This document shows positions 19,230 to 29,016 of a stretch of 64,000 nt of DNA, one piece after another; position 1 is the stretch's first letter, and the number at the start of each line of letters is the position of its first letter. Made by a program: the position numbers and the translations under genes. The DNA comes from Actinomycetota bacterium. GTDB lineage: Bacteria > Actinomycetota > Thermoleophilia > BMS3ABIN01. The DNA lies in contig JAMCPM010000006.1 of the NCBI GenBank assembly GCA_023382335.1, positions 70,372 to 134,371 of the forward strand, given 5' to 3'. Below the pieces are notes generated by a model. That model was not told the origin of the DNA and did no database searches. It saw only the letters and a program-made list of their open reading frames with translations.

Positions 19230-21662
19230 TTACCTGATCAGCATGCCCGGCAGCTCGTCGAAGGAATTGTTGAAGGTGGTGCGCTGGCTAACCACCAGTT
19301 CTGGCTGGCCGCTGGTGCTGACAACCTGGACCGGACCGCTCATCACGCCGGGGAACAGTGGAGTCACGCGGCCACCCGCCGGAATCGAGTAGTGGCCGAT
19401 CAGACTGCCGCCGATCCTGATATCGACCTCGGCGGTAGACTGACTTTGGTTGCCGACCAGGATCCACGTGTGCATTCCTGCAGATGCACTGTCATACCAT
19501 GTGAACCATTGTTCGCTGGCAAGATCCTGGGTCTCGGTTCCGGATACCTCTGCGAAGGAACCTCTGAACACCGATCTCTGACCGACGATAAGCGGCTGGC
19601 TGTTTGAGCAGACGACCCGTACCGGCCCGTTCATCAGGCTGGGATATTCCGGGGTGATCCTGCCGCCGGCCGGTATCGAATAAACTCCGATGAGACGGTC
19701 AGCTACGTAAATCGCCACGTCGGCGGGCTGTGCTCCCTGGTTGCCGACCAGAACCCATGTCCTCATGCCGAGGCTCTGCTCGTCATACCAGGTGAAGTGA
19801 TATTCGGAGGTGAGTTGCGACGCCGCCTTACCGCCGACCTCGTTGAAGCTGCCGCTGTAGATAACCCTGTTGCTCACGTTCAGCGGCTGTCCGTTGGTCG
19901 AGACAACGCGAACCGGCCCATTCATGGTGCCGGGGAACTCAGGCAGAACAACACCGCCCGCAGGTATCACATAGTGACCCTTCACTTGACCGGCGACGTA
20001 CACATCGACCTGGGCCGCTTCATTGCCCTGGTTGCCGATGACAACCCAGTCCTTCATCCCTGCTGAGACTTCGTCGTACCACGTCAGGATCTGATCGCTG
20101 GAAAGATCGGCCTGGGCCACCGCCGGCAGTTCGGCAAATGTGCCGTTATAAGTCACACGCTCGCTGACCAGTAGATCGCCGCCGGTCGTCGACACCACTT
20201 TCACCGGACCGGCTGAAAGGCCGGCATAGAAAGGAGTCGCCCTTTGCTTCGGCGCGATGTCATAGCTTCCCCGCAAGACTCCGCCGATATATACCTCGGC
20301 ATGCTGCGTCACATCGCCCGGATTGCCAAGGATCACCCATGTTCTCATGGAAGCGCTGTCATACCATCCGAAATAGTAGTTGAGATCGCTGCTATTATCG
20401 ACGTTCACTGGCACTGTTGACGTAGTTACCAGGCCGGCCTGGTCATAAGCCTTGGCAATCAGACTGTAAGGGCCGTTGGCAAGATTCCTCGAGTTGAAGC
20501 TAAAATTAAACGGACCCGCAGCGCTGGTTCCCATCAGAGTGTCGCCGACATACAGCTCCACCTTCGAAAGGGCGACGTTATCCGAGGCGTTCACGGCGAC
20601 CTGGGCGGTGCCATTCAACGTTGCTCCCGATACCGGAGAATTAATAGCGACCGTGGGCGGCGTGGTGTCCGGAGGAGCTACCGCTGCCCGAAACGCGTTC
20701 AGGCTGGCCTCGGAACTATTGATCCTCCAGTCGGTCTCTTTGTTTATGTCGAACCATGTGAGCATGGCGATCCGCGGGAACCTTGTCGGAAGACTGCTGA
20801 ACGCATCTGTTATCCACTTGGCTTTGCCGCCGTTTTGTGAGTTGCCGCCGACTTCCGTTGTCGCGGTCTCGCTGATAACTACCGGCTTGCTGGTGTTGGC
20901 CACAGCGACGTCATAACTGGGGCCGATTACCTGTTCGAAGCTCTGCCAGGTAGAGGTCCATTCCGGAGTGTTGTACATCGTCCCCCAGTTGTATCCATCG
21001 ATTCCGACGTAGTCCACATAATTATCGCCGGGATAGTAGGTGTCAAAAGTAGCCTGCGCGTCTGCGGTGGATCCGTCACGGTTGGGTGACCAGACCCACT
21101 TCACATTGGTCGCGCCTTCCTGGACGAAAATATCGTGCACGTGCCTCCATGCGGGAATGTAATCCTGGGGCGAATTGCCGTTGGCCGTGCCGCTCCAGGT
21201 TACCCAGTTACCGTTCATCTCGCACATCGGACGGAAGTAAACCGGATAACCGAAATCCTTCAATTGCCGGGCCCAGCGCCTGATGTCATTGTCAAAATTG
21301 CCAGCTGTGATATTTATTAGCCGGTAAGCCGGCTGGTTGGTCGGGTCGAGGGAGAAGTCGTGCGGCTCCCAGGCCAACTGGATCGTGCGTCCTTCGGCAG
21401 CCATGGGCCGGAAGGCGTCCGCGTAGAAATCTTCGCTGATGGATTCGTACCAGAGAAATACGTCGGTCTGCCGTCCGATCGTTGTCTCCAGATTGTGCAG
21501 ATCGTCAACTGAGGGAAGCTGCTCGTTCGGTAACTGGGGATCAGGGAAGAAGACTCCGACCTGGACCGGTTGAGATGTTGCCCAAGCCGTGCCAACGCCC
21601 GCACCAGCGAACAGAACAGCAAACAGGGAAAAAACGATTATTGCAACTGCAAGACGAAACAC
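19230..21662 (-). CDS. secreted GH26-like (beta-mannanase-type) glycoside hydrolase with Ig-like domain and four tandem ~95-aa C-terminal repeats
   Basis: Signal peptide FRLAVAIIVFSLFAVLFAGAGVGTAWA (GTG start at 21662 after GAGGAGG). Catalytic motifs FRPMCEMNGNW and VVISETATT. Then PTVAINSPVSGA..., an Ig-like domain. Then four repeats of the pattern FTWYD..S.GM.TWVLVGNQG...V.IY..G...G.Y.IPAGGR.TP.FP..MNGPVRVVS.NGQPL.VS.R. Confidence 0.7.
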   Translation of the reverse strand: MFRLAVAIIVFSLFAVLFAGAGVGTAWATSQPVQVGVFFPDPQLPNEQLPSVDDLHNLETTIGRQTDVFLWYESISEDFYADAFRPMAAEGRTIQLAWEPHDFSLDPTNQPAYRLINITAGNFDNDIRRWARQLKDFGYPVYFRPMCEMNGNWVTWSGTANGNSPQDYIPAWRHVHDIFVQEGATNVKWVWSPNRDGSTADAQATFDTYYPGDNYVDYVGIDGYNWGTMYNTPEWTSTWQSFEQVIGPSYDVAVANTSKPVVISETATTEVGGNSQNGGKAKWITDAFSSLPTRFPRIAMLTWFDINKETDWRINSSEASLNAFRAAVAPPDTTPPTVAINSPVSGATLNGTAQVAVNASDNVALSKVELYVGDTLMGTSAAGPFNFSFNSRNLANGPYSLIAKAYDQAGLVTTSTVPVNVDNSSDLNYYFGWYDSASMRTWVILGNPGDVTQHAEVYIGGVLRGSYDIAPKQRATPFYAGLSAGPVKVVSTTGGDLLVSERVTYNGTFAELPAVAQADLSSDQILTWYDEVSAGMKDWVVIGNQGNEAAQVDVYVAGQVKGHYVIPAGGVVLPEFPGTMNGPVRVVSTNGQPLNVSNRVIYSGSFNEVGGKAASQLTSEYHFTWYDEQSLGMRTWVLVGNQGAQPADVAIYVADRLIGVYSIPAGGRITPEYPSLMNGPVRVVCSNSQPLIVGQRSVFRGSFAEVSGTETQDLASEQWFTWYDSASAGMHTWILVGNQSQSTAEVDIRIGGSLIGHYSIPAGGRVTPLFPGVMSGPVQVVSTSGQPELVVSQRTTFNNSFDELPGMLIR

Positions 21663-22050
21663 GAGCCAAGCCTCCTCGGCGGCAGCCAGGCTGTTATAGT
21701 CACAAGACCTTAGACCCTTGGCTTTGCGCCACTCAGTTTCCTGAGCTTTGCCCTTATCACCTGGACTTGGCCTCTCCCCCACCAACCACGTACCAGAGCG
21801 CGGCTACACTAATAGCCACTATTTGTATCGACCCACGCGTGTAGATGTTTGAATTCCGACCGATGGGAAAGGCATTAAATGAAGCAAAACACCGGATTAC
21901 CAGCAGGGGTAATCGGGTAGGAATAAGGGATGTTATTGTTTGAAAAGAGCTCGTCTTTGTGCAATTATTACGATGGACCTAACCGCGGACAGTTAGTATT
22001 GTGGGCGCTCGAGTTGACGCGGGGGGAGGCGGGAAGGTTGATCCCCAGCC

Positions 22051-23697
22051 TTGAAAAAACTTAAAACAATGACAATTTTCGGGACCAGGCCCGAGGTAAT
22101 CAAGCTGGCCCCGGTCATAAGTGAGCTGGAAACGTCACCAAACTTCGAACCAGTTTTGGTGACAACTGGGCAACACCGTGAGATGCTAGGTCAAGCCCTC
22201 GACCAGTTTGGCATAATCCCCGATTACAACCTCGACATCATGCAGCCCGACCAGGGCGTAAGCGATGTCATCATCAGTTCCCTCCGCGGAGTCGAAGAGC
22301 TTATCTCGACTGAAAAACCGGACCTCGTCCTGGTCCAGGGGGACACCACCACCGCCTTCGCCGGCTGTCTGGCCGCATTCTATCAACAAACCGCTGTCGG
22401 CCACATAGAAGCAGGCCTGCGAACCTACGATAAATACAAGCCCTTCCCTGAGGAAATCAACCGCTCCATGATCACACAGTTGGCGGACATCCATTTCGTC
22501 CCCACGGTTACCGCCTGGGAGAGCCTCAGAAACGAAGGTGTCGATGCGGAAAAGATCTTTATCACCGGGAACACCGTGATTGACGCTTTGTTCCAGGTAG
22601 TCCAGCCGGATTACAACTTCTCCAATGCGGCTCTGGACGGCATAGGCAGCGAAGCCGGGCGTCTGATAGTCGTCACTTCGCACCGCCGGGAGAATTTCGG
22701 CCAGCCGCTTCTCGACATCTGCTCAGGGTTAATGGAGATAATCGACCGTTTCGACGATGTCGAGATCGTTTTTTCCGTCCACCGCAACCCCAAGGTCCGT
22801 GTGCCGGTTCAGGCGCTGCTTGGAGACAAGGAACGGATACATCTGGTGGAGCCTCTCGACTATATGGATATGGCCAACCTGCTGGCCCGATGTTTTCTGG
22901 TGATGACGGATTCCGGCGGACTGCAGGAGGAAGCTCCCGCTCTTGCCAAACCCGTTCTGGTCCTCAGGGAGGTAACAGAACGACCTGAGGCCGTACAGTC
23001 GGGTCAGGCAAAAATTGTTGGCACCTCGAAGCATGCCATCATAAGCGTCGCATCAGATCTACTCTTCAATGACGCCAGCTATGTTGCCATGACACATGGT
23101 GTAAGCCCGTATGGAGATGGAAAAGCAGCTTCCAGAATCATAAGCGCCATCGAATACGTCAATGGTATGCGCGAGAACAAGCCGGCACCGTTCATGAGCA
23201 GGCTCATCAGTCCGCTCAGCGGCGATCAGTTCGTGGCTGAGAAGCCGGTCAGCGATACCCTTTTCTACAACCAGTTGGACGAGCGCATCCGGCGCGCCAA
23301 AAGGGCGCGGCAACGCGTCTCGGTTGCCACGATAGATATGCGGGAGATCAGCAAACAGCAGTTCGCTGAAGCTTTCAGAACCATTACACGCAGCCTGAGG
23401 AAAACCGACACGGCGGCGGCGCTCGACGGTAGGCGAATGGTTCTCGTCCTTCCCGGAGCCAATAACGATCAGGCAAAAACTACAACAAGCCGGCTCCTCG
23501 GCAATCTTGCCGCCCCTTCTCTGGGCCGTCGCGAAGAAGACCGGGCCGCGCGTTTGTCCGCGGACCAGGTCCAGGATCTGATCAAAGCCGTAAATGTGAA
23601 TATCAAGACCTTCGACGAAGACGACGGTGCAGATATACCGGTTGCGGCCGAAACAGAGAATGAAGGTTATTCCAAGGCGGAAGAGGTGCCCGGATGA
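22051..23697 (+). CDS. UDP-N-acetylglucosamine 2-epimerase (non-hydrolysing, MnaA/WecB-like) with ~170-aa C-terminal degenerate GGDEF-like extension
   Basis: TTG start gives MKKLKTMTIFGTRPEVIKLAPV, which matches the MnaA N-terminus. A full epimerase domain runs to about residue 370. The tail (...DMREISKQQFAEAFRTITRSLRKTDTAAALDGRRMVLVLPGANNDQAKTTTSRLL) resembles a GGDEF domain with GGDEF replaced by DGRRM. Confidence 0.85.
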   Translation: MKKLKTMTIFGTRPEVIKLAPVISELETSPNFEPVLVTTGQHREMLGQALDQFGIIPDYNLDIMQPDQGVSDVIISSLRGVEELISTEKPDLVLVQGDTTTAFAGCLAAFYQQTAVGHIEAGLRTYDKYKPFPEEINRSMITQLADIHFVPTVTAWESLRNEGVDAEKIFITGNTVIDALFQVVQPDYNFSNAALDGIGSEAGRLIVVTSHRRENFGQPLLDICSGLMEIIDRFDDVEIVFSVHRNPKVRVPVQALLGDKERIHLVEPLDYMDMANLLARCFLVMTDSGGLQEEAPALAKPVLVLREVTERPEAVQSGQAKIVGTSKHAIISVASDLLFNDASYVAMTHGVSPYGDGKAASRIISAIEYVNGMRENKPAPFMSRLISPLSGDQFVAEKPVSDTLFYNQLDERIRRAKRARQRVSVATIDMREISKQQFAEAFRTITRSLRKTDTAAALDGRRMVLVLPGANNDQAKTTTSRLLGNLAAPSLGRREEDRAARLSADQVQDLIKAVNVNIKTFDEDDGADIPVAAETENEGYSKAEEVPG

Positions 23698-23830
23698 GCA
23701 ATATCACACCGGGATTCCGTCTCGGGACGCAGGACGCGGGTATTATCATAGTGGAGGGTTTTCCCGGACGGGCCGTGGGAGAAATCCGTCAGGCACCCAG
23801 GGGAATTATAGAAACGAGGGGGTGTAGGAC

Positions 23831-23950
23831 ATGTATGGAGTATTGCTACCAGTAACAGGCGTTGCGATCGGACTCTATGCCCTCGTTGCAGTTACAGCCG
23901 TAATCGTGGGTTCGCTAATGCGGATGAGGGGTAAGAAGACTGAACGGTGA
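23831..23950 (+). CDS. 39-aa membrane peptide with LPxTG-like motif + TM + basic tail (paralog of 12846..13046)
   Basis: Not in the ORF track because it is under 60 aa. ATG at 23831 is preceded by GAGGGGG. Translation MYGVLLPVTGVAIGLYALVAVTAVIVGSLMRMRGKKTER. An 8-bp hairpin follows (23951-23983). Confidence 0.4.
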   Translation: MYGVLLPVTGVAIGLYALVAVTAVIVGSLMRMRGKKTER

Positions 23951-24050
23951 TTCGGCTAAGATTATCATTGTTTCGTAGCCGAAATGATGATTCATGATTC
24001 CCCGATTCGAACCGAATAATGAGCGATCCGGAAATTGACAAAGATGTGAA

Positions 24051-26900
24051 ATGAATCCATCCCAAATATTTAGTTGGTTGAGAGTAACGCTACTTTTTGT
24101 AGGGTTACTCTTTTTATTGTCTTCTATCCCGATCGCGACCGCGGCTGGCGAAGCAATCGCACCGGAAAATCCGGCGTCAGCAGCTGCGGCTCCGGCCGGC
24201 CCCAAAGTACTGATCGTTCACGACCAGATCGACGACCCACAACTCGGGCAGGAACTAGCGGCGCTGCTGGGCCACTTCTCAGCCCAAAGCACGATTGTCG
24301 AGCAGCAGTTCTATGAAGCGGCCAGTCTGCAGAACTATGACATTATCTTCTATATGGGAGGTTCCCACCGGGAGATCAATCCAGACTTTCTGAAAGACGT
24401 CTCCACAACCGGCAAGACCGTCGTCTGGATGGGTCGCGGACTCGACTGGCTGGGGAACGTCTATCCTCTGAAAAATCTGGGTTTCGAGTATGCCCGGGTC
24501 GACGGTTCGGGAGCTTTCAATACCGTAACCTACGACAACACCCAGCTTGCAAGAACCAACCCTGTAACCAACGTCACTTATGTTACCGACGAATCCCGCG
24601 CTGAAGTGCCCGCATGGACCGAAGGAGATGGCGACCGGGCACCCTATGTCATTCACAGCGGTAGCTTCTGGTATTTCGCTGACATTCCGATGGTCGGAAC
24701 TGACGCCAATAGTGTCTACTCCGCTGTCGGCGCTACTGAAGACAGTGCCTACCTCGTCCTGGCGGATCTGCTTCACGACATCACCGGTCAGGACCACCCT
24801 TCACAACACGCGGCGCTGGTCCGCATCGAGGACATGCATCCCAACTCCGACGTCAACCGTCTGAACTCAGTCGTCGATTACCTCTACCACAAGCAGGTCC
24901 CCTTCGGCATCGCCCTGGTTCCGGTATACAAGAATCCGGCAACCGGCGAGCAAGTCCACCTGAGCGACCGCCCTGAATTTGTAGCCGCGATCAAGGACGC
25001 CGAGGCAAAGGGCGCTGTAATCGTGATGCACGGATATACCCATCAGCTAAACGGGGAGACGGTGGTCGATTACGAGTTCTGGGACGGGCAGACCCACGCC
25101 CCGCCTGCCAACGAAACCCCGGAATCGGTTAGCGCCAGGGTCGAGGCCGGCCTCAGGGAAACCGCGGCGGTAGGCATCTATCCGCAGATTTGGGAAACGC
25201 CCCACTATGCCGCATCCGACATGGCTCACAGCGTCATCTCACGCTATTTCAATGTAGTCTGGGAGCGAAGTGACGCTCCCTTCTTCCCCTATCTGGTAAC
25301 TCTGCCAAAAACCGGCCAGACCGACCTGCCCGAAACGTTGGGCTATGTGAACCCGACTGAAGGCTTTCCCGGTCAGGGCCATTCTGCTGACACGCTGGTC
25401 AGTGTCGCCGGCCAGCAGAAAGTAGTCAGGGACGGAACCGCCGCCTTCTTCTTCCATCCGATGGTAGACGGCAGCCAGTTACGAAAGACGGTCGAAGGGC
25501 TGCAGGATGAAGGTTTCACATTCGTCTCGCCCTTACAGATGGCCGGGCTGCCCTATACACCACCCGACCCGCCATCCTGGTTTTCGAATGCCCTATGGCA
25601 TATTGACAACCAGGTAGGCAGCCTGACGCCGGACGGCACCCTGGATACCAAGGTAATAACGCTCATCGCCTTTTTTATCATCTTCTACTATTGGGGAATG
25701 TTCCTGCTGTCACGGAAGCCCGCGCCTGTCACCGACCCGCCGGATGACAAGCTGCGCTTCGTCATCGTTGTTCCCTGTCTGAATGAAGAGCTGGTCATCG
25801 GCAGGACGCTCGACCATCTATTGGCATTGCCAAACCCGAATCTCAGCATCCTTGTAGTCGACGACAATTCCGATGACCGCACGCGGGAGATAGCGATGTC
25901 TTATCCGCGCGAGCGCGTTACCGTGATAGATCACCCGCCGAAAATAGCAAGACAGGGAAAGGGACGTGTGCTGAACTACGCTTTCCGGTCGCTCATGCAC
26001 GTGGCCTCCATGGAAAATCGTCGTACGGACAAAATCGTCCTGGGAGTAATCGACGCCGACGGCCGCGTCGAGAAAAATGTGATCGATTCCGTCAATCCAT
26101 ATTTCACCAATCCTAAGACTGGAGCCGTTCAGGTCGGAGTCAGAATTTCCAATGCCAATACCAACACGCTGACCAAGTGGCAAAATTTCGAATTCCTCAC
26201 CTTCGCGCGCATCTCGCAAAAGGCCAGAGAGCACCTCGGCAGCGTCGGTCTGGGCGGCAACGGCCAGTTCGTCCGCCTTTCGGCGCTTGCATCTCTGGGG
26301 GACGATCCCTGGACCGACTGCCTGACGGAAGATCTCGATCTCGGCATCCGGCTGATGCTGAAGGGATGGAATAACCGCTACTGCCCGGACAGCTTTGTCT
26401 CCCAGCAGGGAGTTCCCAAGATGAGGCCGCTGGTGCGGCAACGCACGCGCTGGTTCCAGGGTCACATTACCTGTTGGCGTCACATCCCCTCGCTACTGGC
26501 AGGCAAGACGTCGACCATGGCTCGGACAGATACTATTTATTATCTGCTGGCGCCCATCCTGGTATTCATGTTCCTGCCCAGTTCAATACTGTTCATATTC
26601 TGGTCGATATATTTTCTTGTGTCCGGCGCCTCAACAGTTGTGCTCTCGCCCCTCAGCTACATTCCAGTGCTGGTCGTCTGGTATCTATTCTCCTTTGGAG
26701 CCCTGCCGACGGTCGTCTGGACTTTTTGGCGTGAGGAAAAAGAGATCAGCGCCTGGAAGGCGTTCCTATGGGCCCATGTTTTTTCATTCTTTTACGTGAT
26801 CTGGTTTGTTGCAGGCTGCATCGCGGTGTATCGACTCGCCCGGGGACAGGGATCCTGGGCCAAGACTGCCAGGACTGAGGAATCGTTTCCAGCTCATTAA
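24051..26900 (+). CDS. bifunctional polysaccharide deacetylase-like (DUF2334/NodB-type) / family-2 processive glycosyltransferase (exopolysaccharide synthase, PNAG/cellulose-synthase-like)
   Basis: N-terminal signal/TM segment. ...VRIEDMHPNSD...VIVMHGYTHQ is DUF2334 deacetylase-like. A TM segment follows, then the GT2 domain (VIVVPCLNEE, VVDDNSDD, IDADG) and the processive QRTRWFQG (QxxRW) motif, plus C-terminal TM helices. Confidence 0.8.
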   Translation: MNPSQIFSWLRVTLLFVGLLFLLSSIPIATAAGEAIAPENPASAAAAPAGPKVLIVHDQIDDPQLGQELAALLGHFSAQSTIVEQQFYEAASLQNYDIIFYMGGSHREINPDFLKDVSTTGKTVVWMGRGLDWLGNVYPLKNLGFEYARVDGSGAFNTVTYDNTQLARTNPVTNVTYVTDESRAEVPAWTEGDGDRAPYVIHSGSFWYFADIPMVGTDANSVYSAVGATEDSAYLVLADLLHDITGQDHPSQHAALVRIEDMHPNSDVNRLNSVVDYLYHKQVPFGIALVPVYKNPATGEQVHLSDRPEFVAAIKDAEAKGAVIVMHGYTHQLNGETVVDYEFWDGQTHAPPANETPESVSARVEAGLRETAAVGIYPQIWETPHYAASDMAHSVISRYFNVVWERSDAPFFPYLVTLPKTGQTDLPETLGYVNPTEGFPGQGHSADTLVSVAGQQKVVRDGTAAFFFHPMVDGSQLRKTVEGLQDEGFTFVSPLQMAGLPYTPPDPPSWFSNALWHIDNQVGSLTPDGTLDTKVITLIAFFIIFYYWGMFLLSRKPAPVTDPPDDKLRFVIVVPCLNEELVIGRTLDHLLALPNPNLSILVVDDNSDDRTREIAMSYPRERVTVIDHPPKIARQGKGRVLNYAFRSLMHVASMENRRTDKIVLGVIDADGRVEKNVIDSVNPYFTNPKTGAVQVGVRISNANTNTLTKWQNFEFLTFARISQKAREHLGSVGLGGNGQFVRLSALASLGDDPWTDCLTEDLDLGIRLMLKGWNNRYCPDSFVSQQGVPKMRPLVRQRTRWFQGHITCWRHIPSLLAGKTSTMARTDTIYYLLAPILVFMFLPSSILFIFWSIYFLVSGASTVVLSPLSYIPVLVVWYLFSFGALPTVVWTFWREEKEISAWKAFLWAHVFSFFYVIWFVAGCIAVYRLARGQGSWAKTARTEESFPAH

Positions 26901-27081
26901 GAACCGTTAAATATCTGAACAGCAGGTGCTTGCCGTCAATAAGTGTTTTAAGCTGTTCAAATGCGGGTATATAAGCATCTTGGATAGCTCCTAACGGAAT
27001 TTCAACTCACCCCTTTAGCTCCCTTCATGGTCAAAACATTATGACCACCTGCGCCATGCGGGGGAAAAAGGTTGATTACTG

Positions 27082-27090
27082 TGCTACAAT
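27082..27090 (+). promoter_or_regulatory. extended -10 element (TGcTACAAT) upstream of rpoD
   Basis: tgctacaat lies about 70 nt upstream of the rpoD start. No good -35 is present. Confidence 0.3.
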
Positions 27091-27159
27091 GGCCGCTTGG
27101 CATTTGTCCGAAATGGGCAAATAAAGGATAAGACAACCGCAACTAGAAAGATAAATTAA

Positions 27160-28233
27160 GTGACATCAATGACTGAATTACCGACTGAATTGACTCAAAG
27201 CCTCATAACACAAGGACAAGATAAAGGGTTCCTCACCCTTGATGATATCGCCGACGCCTTACAGGAAGCAGACCTGACGACGGAGCAGATCGAAGAGGTC
27301 TATTCGCGCATCGCCGATACCGGCATAGATATCGTCGAGCACGACGAGACCGAGGATGCCCTGGAAGAGCCCCCTGAGGTCGTTGAGCATGTAGAACGCC
27401 CCGCAGCAGCCACCGACGATTCCCTGCGCATGTATCTGCGCGATATCGGCCGGATACCGCTGCTTTCGGCGGCTGAAGAGGTATCTCTCGCCAAACGCAT
27501 GGAGCGCGGCGACATGGAGGCCAAAAGCCGCCTGGTCGAAGCCAACCTCCGCCTGGTCGTGAGTATCGCCAAGCGTTATCTGGGCCGAGGCCTGTCTTTT
27601 CTGGACCTGATCCAGGAAGGAAACCTGGGACTCATCCGCGCGGTTGAAAAATTCGATTACCGCCGCGGATACAAATTCTCGACTTATGCCACCTGGTGGA
27701 TACGCCAGGCGGTGACCCGCGCCATCGCCGACCAGGCACGCACCATCAGAATTCCCGTGCATATGGTCGAAAAACTCAATCATCTCGTCCGTGCCAAGCG
27801 GCAACTGGTCCAGGATATGGGCCGCGAACCGACTCCCGAAGAGATCGCCAAGGTCATGGATACCTCCGTCGATAAGGTGCAGCATCTGATCAAGATCTCA
27901 CAGAGCCCGGTCAGCCTCGAGAAGCCAGTGGGCGATGAGGAAGAAGCTGAACTCGGAGATTTCCTCGAGGATGAAGGCACGCCCAAGCCCATGGAAGCGG
28001 CGATGACCGAGATCAAGAAAGACGATCTCAACAAGGTGCTGGATTCATTGCCCCACCGGGAAAGAAAGATACTCGAGTTACGTTATGGTTTAAACGGCGA
28101 GCATCCGCGGACACTGGAGCAGATTGGGCGCCGGTTTGGCGTTACCCGAGAGCGCATCCGCCAGATCGAAGCCAATACACTGGCCCGCTTGAAAGAGTTG
28201 CAGGAAACGCAGCACCTGCGCGAAAGCGCCTGA
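27160..28233 (+). CDS. rpoD: RNA polymerase principal sigma factor (sigma-70 family, SigA/RpoD, short Gram-positive-type)
   Basis: Region 1.2 through region 4 are present: [44 protein letters not shown], and the region 4 [25 protein letters not shown] start at 27160 or ATG at 27169. Confidence 0.9.
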   Translation: MTSMTELPTELTQSLITQGQDKGFLTLDDIADALQEADLTTEQIEEVYSRIADTGIDIVEHDETEDALEEPPEVVEHVERPAAATDDSLRMYLRDIGRIPLLSAAEEVSLAKRMERGDMEAKSRLVEANLRLVVSIAKRYLGRGLSFLDLIQEGNLGLIRAVEKFDYRRGYKFSTYATWWIRQAVTRAIADQARTIRIPVHMVEKLNHLVRAKRQLVQDMGREPTPEEIAKVMDTSVDKVQHLIKISQSPVSLEKPVGDEEEAELGDFLEDEGTPKPMEAAMTEIKKDDLNKVLDSLPHRERKILELRYGLNGEHPRTLEQIGRRFGVTRERIRQIEANTLARLKELQETQHLRESA

Positions 28234-28251
28234 TAAAACCCGAAATAATGC

Positions 28252-28284
28252 AAAAAAAGGGACGGCGAAAGCCGTCCCTTTGCA
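28252..28284. terminator. bidirectional intrinsic terminator (rpoD on +, TPR gene on -)
   Basis: aaaaaaaGGGACGGCgaaaGCCGTCCCtttg is a perfect 9-bp GC stem with a GAAA loop. It has a T7 run on the minus strand and a weaker T-tract on the plus strand. Confidence 0.6.
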
Positions 28285-28353
28285 GTTCTATCCATGGCCG
28301 TGCGGTTCTATATAGGATGGCTTGGGGTGCGCTGTTGTCCCGGTTTGTCCCGG

Positions 28354-29001
28354 TTAGGGTGTGCCGGCGCCTGGGACTGCCAGCGATTGCCCGGCGAATT
28401 CATCCAGGAATGACTTTGACTCCTGGCCAATCGGCGTACTCGGATTCAGATCGTAGGATTTCTGCCAGGCGTCCTTGGCCGCAGTCAGATTGCCGGCGCC
28501 GTTGTATTGAACCCATCCAAGTGAATGCCAGGCCCTCTGGTTATCGGGCGCCGCAGTAACACATGTGTTAAGTTCGCGCAGTGAGATATCGATCATCTGC
28601 AGATATGAATATGACAGTCCCATGTCTATCCGCACCTCGACAAAATCTGGCTTGATGGCAAGATATTTCCGATACTGATCGACCGCATTCTTGTAGCTGC
28701 GGTATGAGTCGTTCGTCTGGTTATTCTCCCCCTGGGCCTGTCCTTCCTCGAGATAGCTGTCACCAAGGCCCCTGAGAGCGTCAAGATCGCCAGGATTGCG
28801 CTGAAGCAACGCTTCATACGCGGTTATGCGGTCCCGTATGTCAGCTAGCTGCACCTGCAGCGCCGGATTCTTCTGCTTGTCCGCACTCGCGTCAGCGCTA
28901 CCACTGTCACCGCTAAGAAGTTTTGTGGGAATCAGATAGCCAAGCGCCAGCGCCACCGCCAGGACGGGAATCAGTAAAAGCCATTTCATATTGACCTTCA
29001 T
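28354..29001 (-). CDS. tetratricopeptide-repeat protein with N-terminal signal/anchor (possible CcmH/CycH-like accessory of cytochrome c maturation)
   Basis: Signal/TM segment MKWLLLIPVLAVALALG, followed by TPR-like repeats (AYEALLQRNPGDLDALRGLGDSYL, AVDQYRKYLAIKPDF, AWHSLGWVQY). It is the last gene of the lgt-ccdA-resA operon. Confidence 0.65.
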   Translation of the reverse strand: MKVNMKWLLLIPVLAVALALGYLIPTKLLSGDSGSADASADKQKNPALQVQLADIRDRITAYEALLQRNPGDLDALRGLGDSYLEEGQAQGENNQTNDSYRSYKNAVDQYRKYLAIKPDFVEVRIDMGLSYSYLQMIDISLRELNTCVTAAPDNQRAWHSLGWVQYNGAGNLTAAKDAWQKSYDLNPSTPIGQESKSFLDEFAGQSLAVPGAGTP

Positions 29002-29016
29002 TTTATCTTTTACCTC

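Noticed and set aside
25818-26483. 221-aa minus-strand ORF inside the deacetylase-GT2 gene
   Set aside because: It is antisense to a well-supported GT2 domain and has no motifs.
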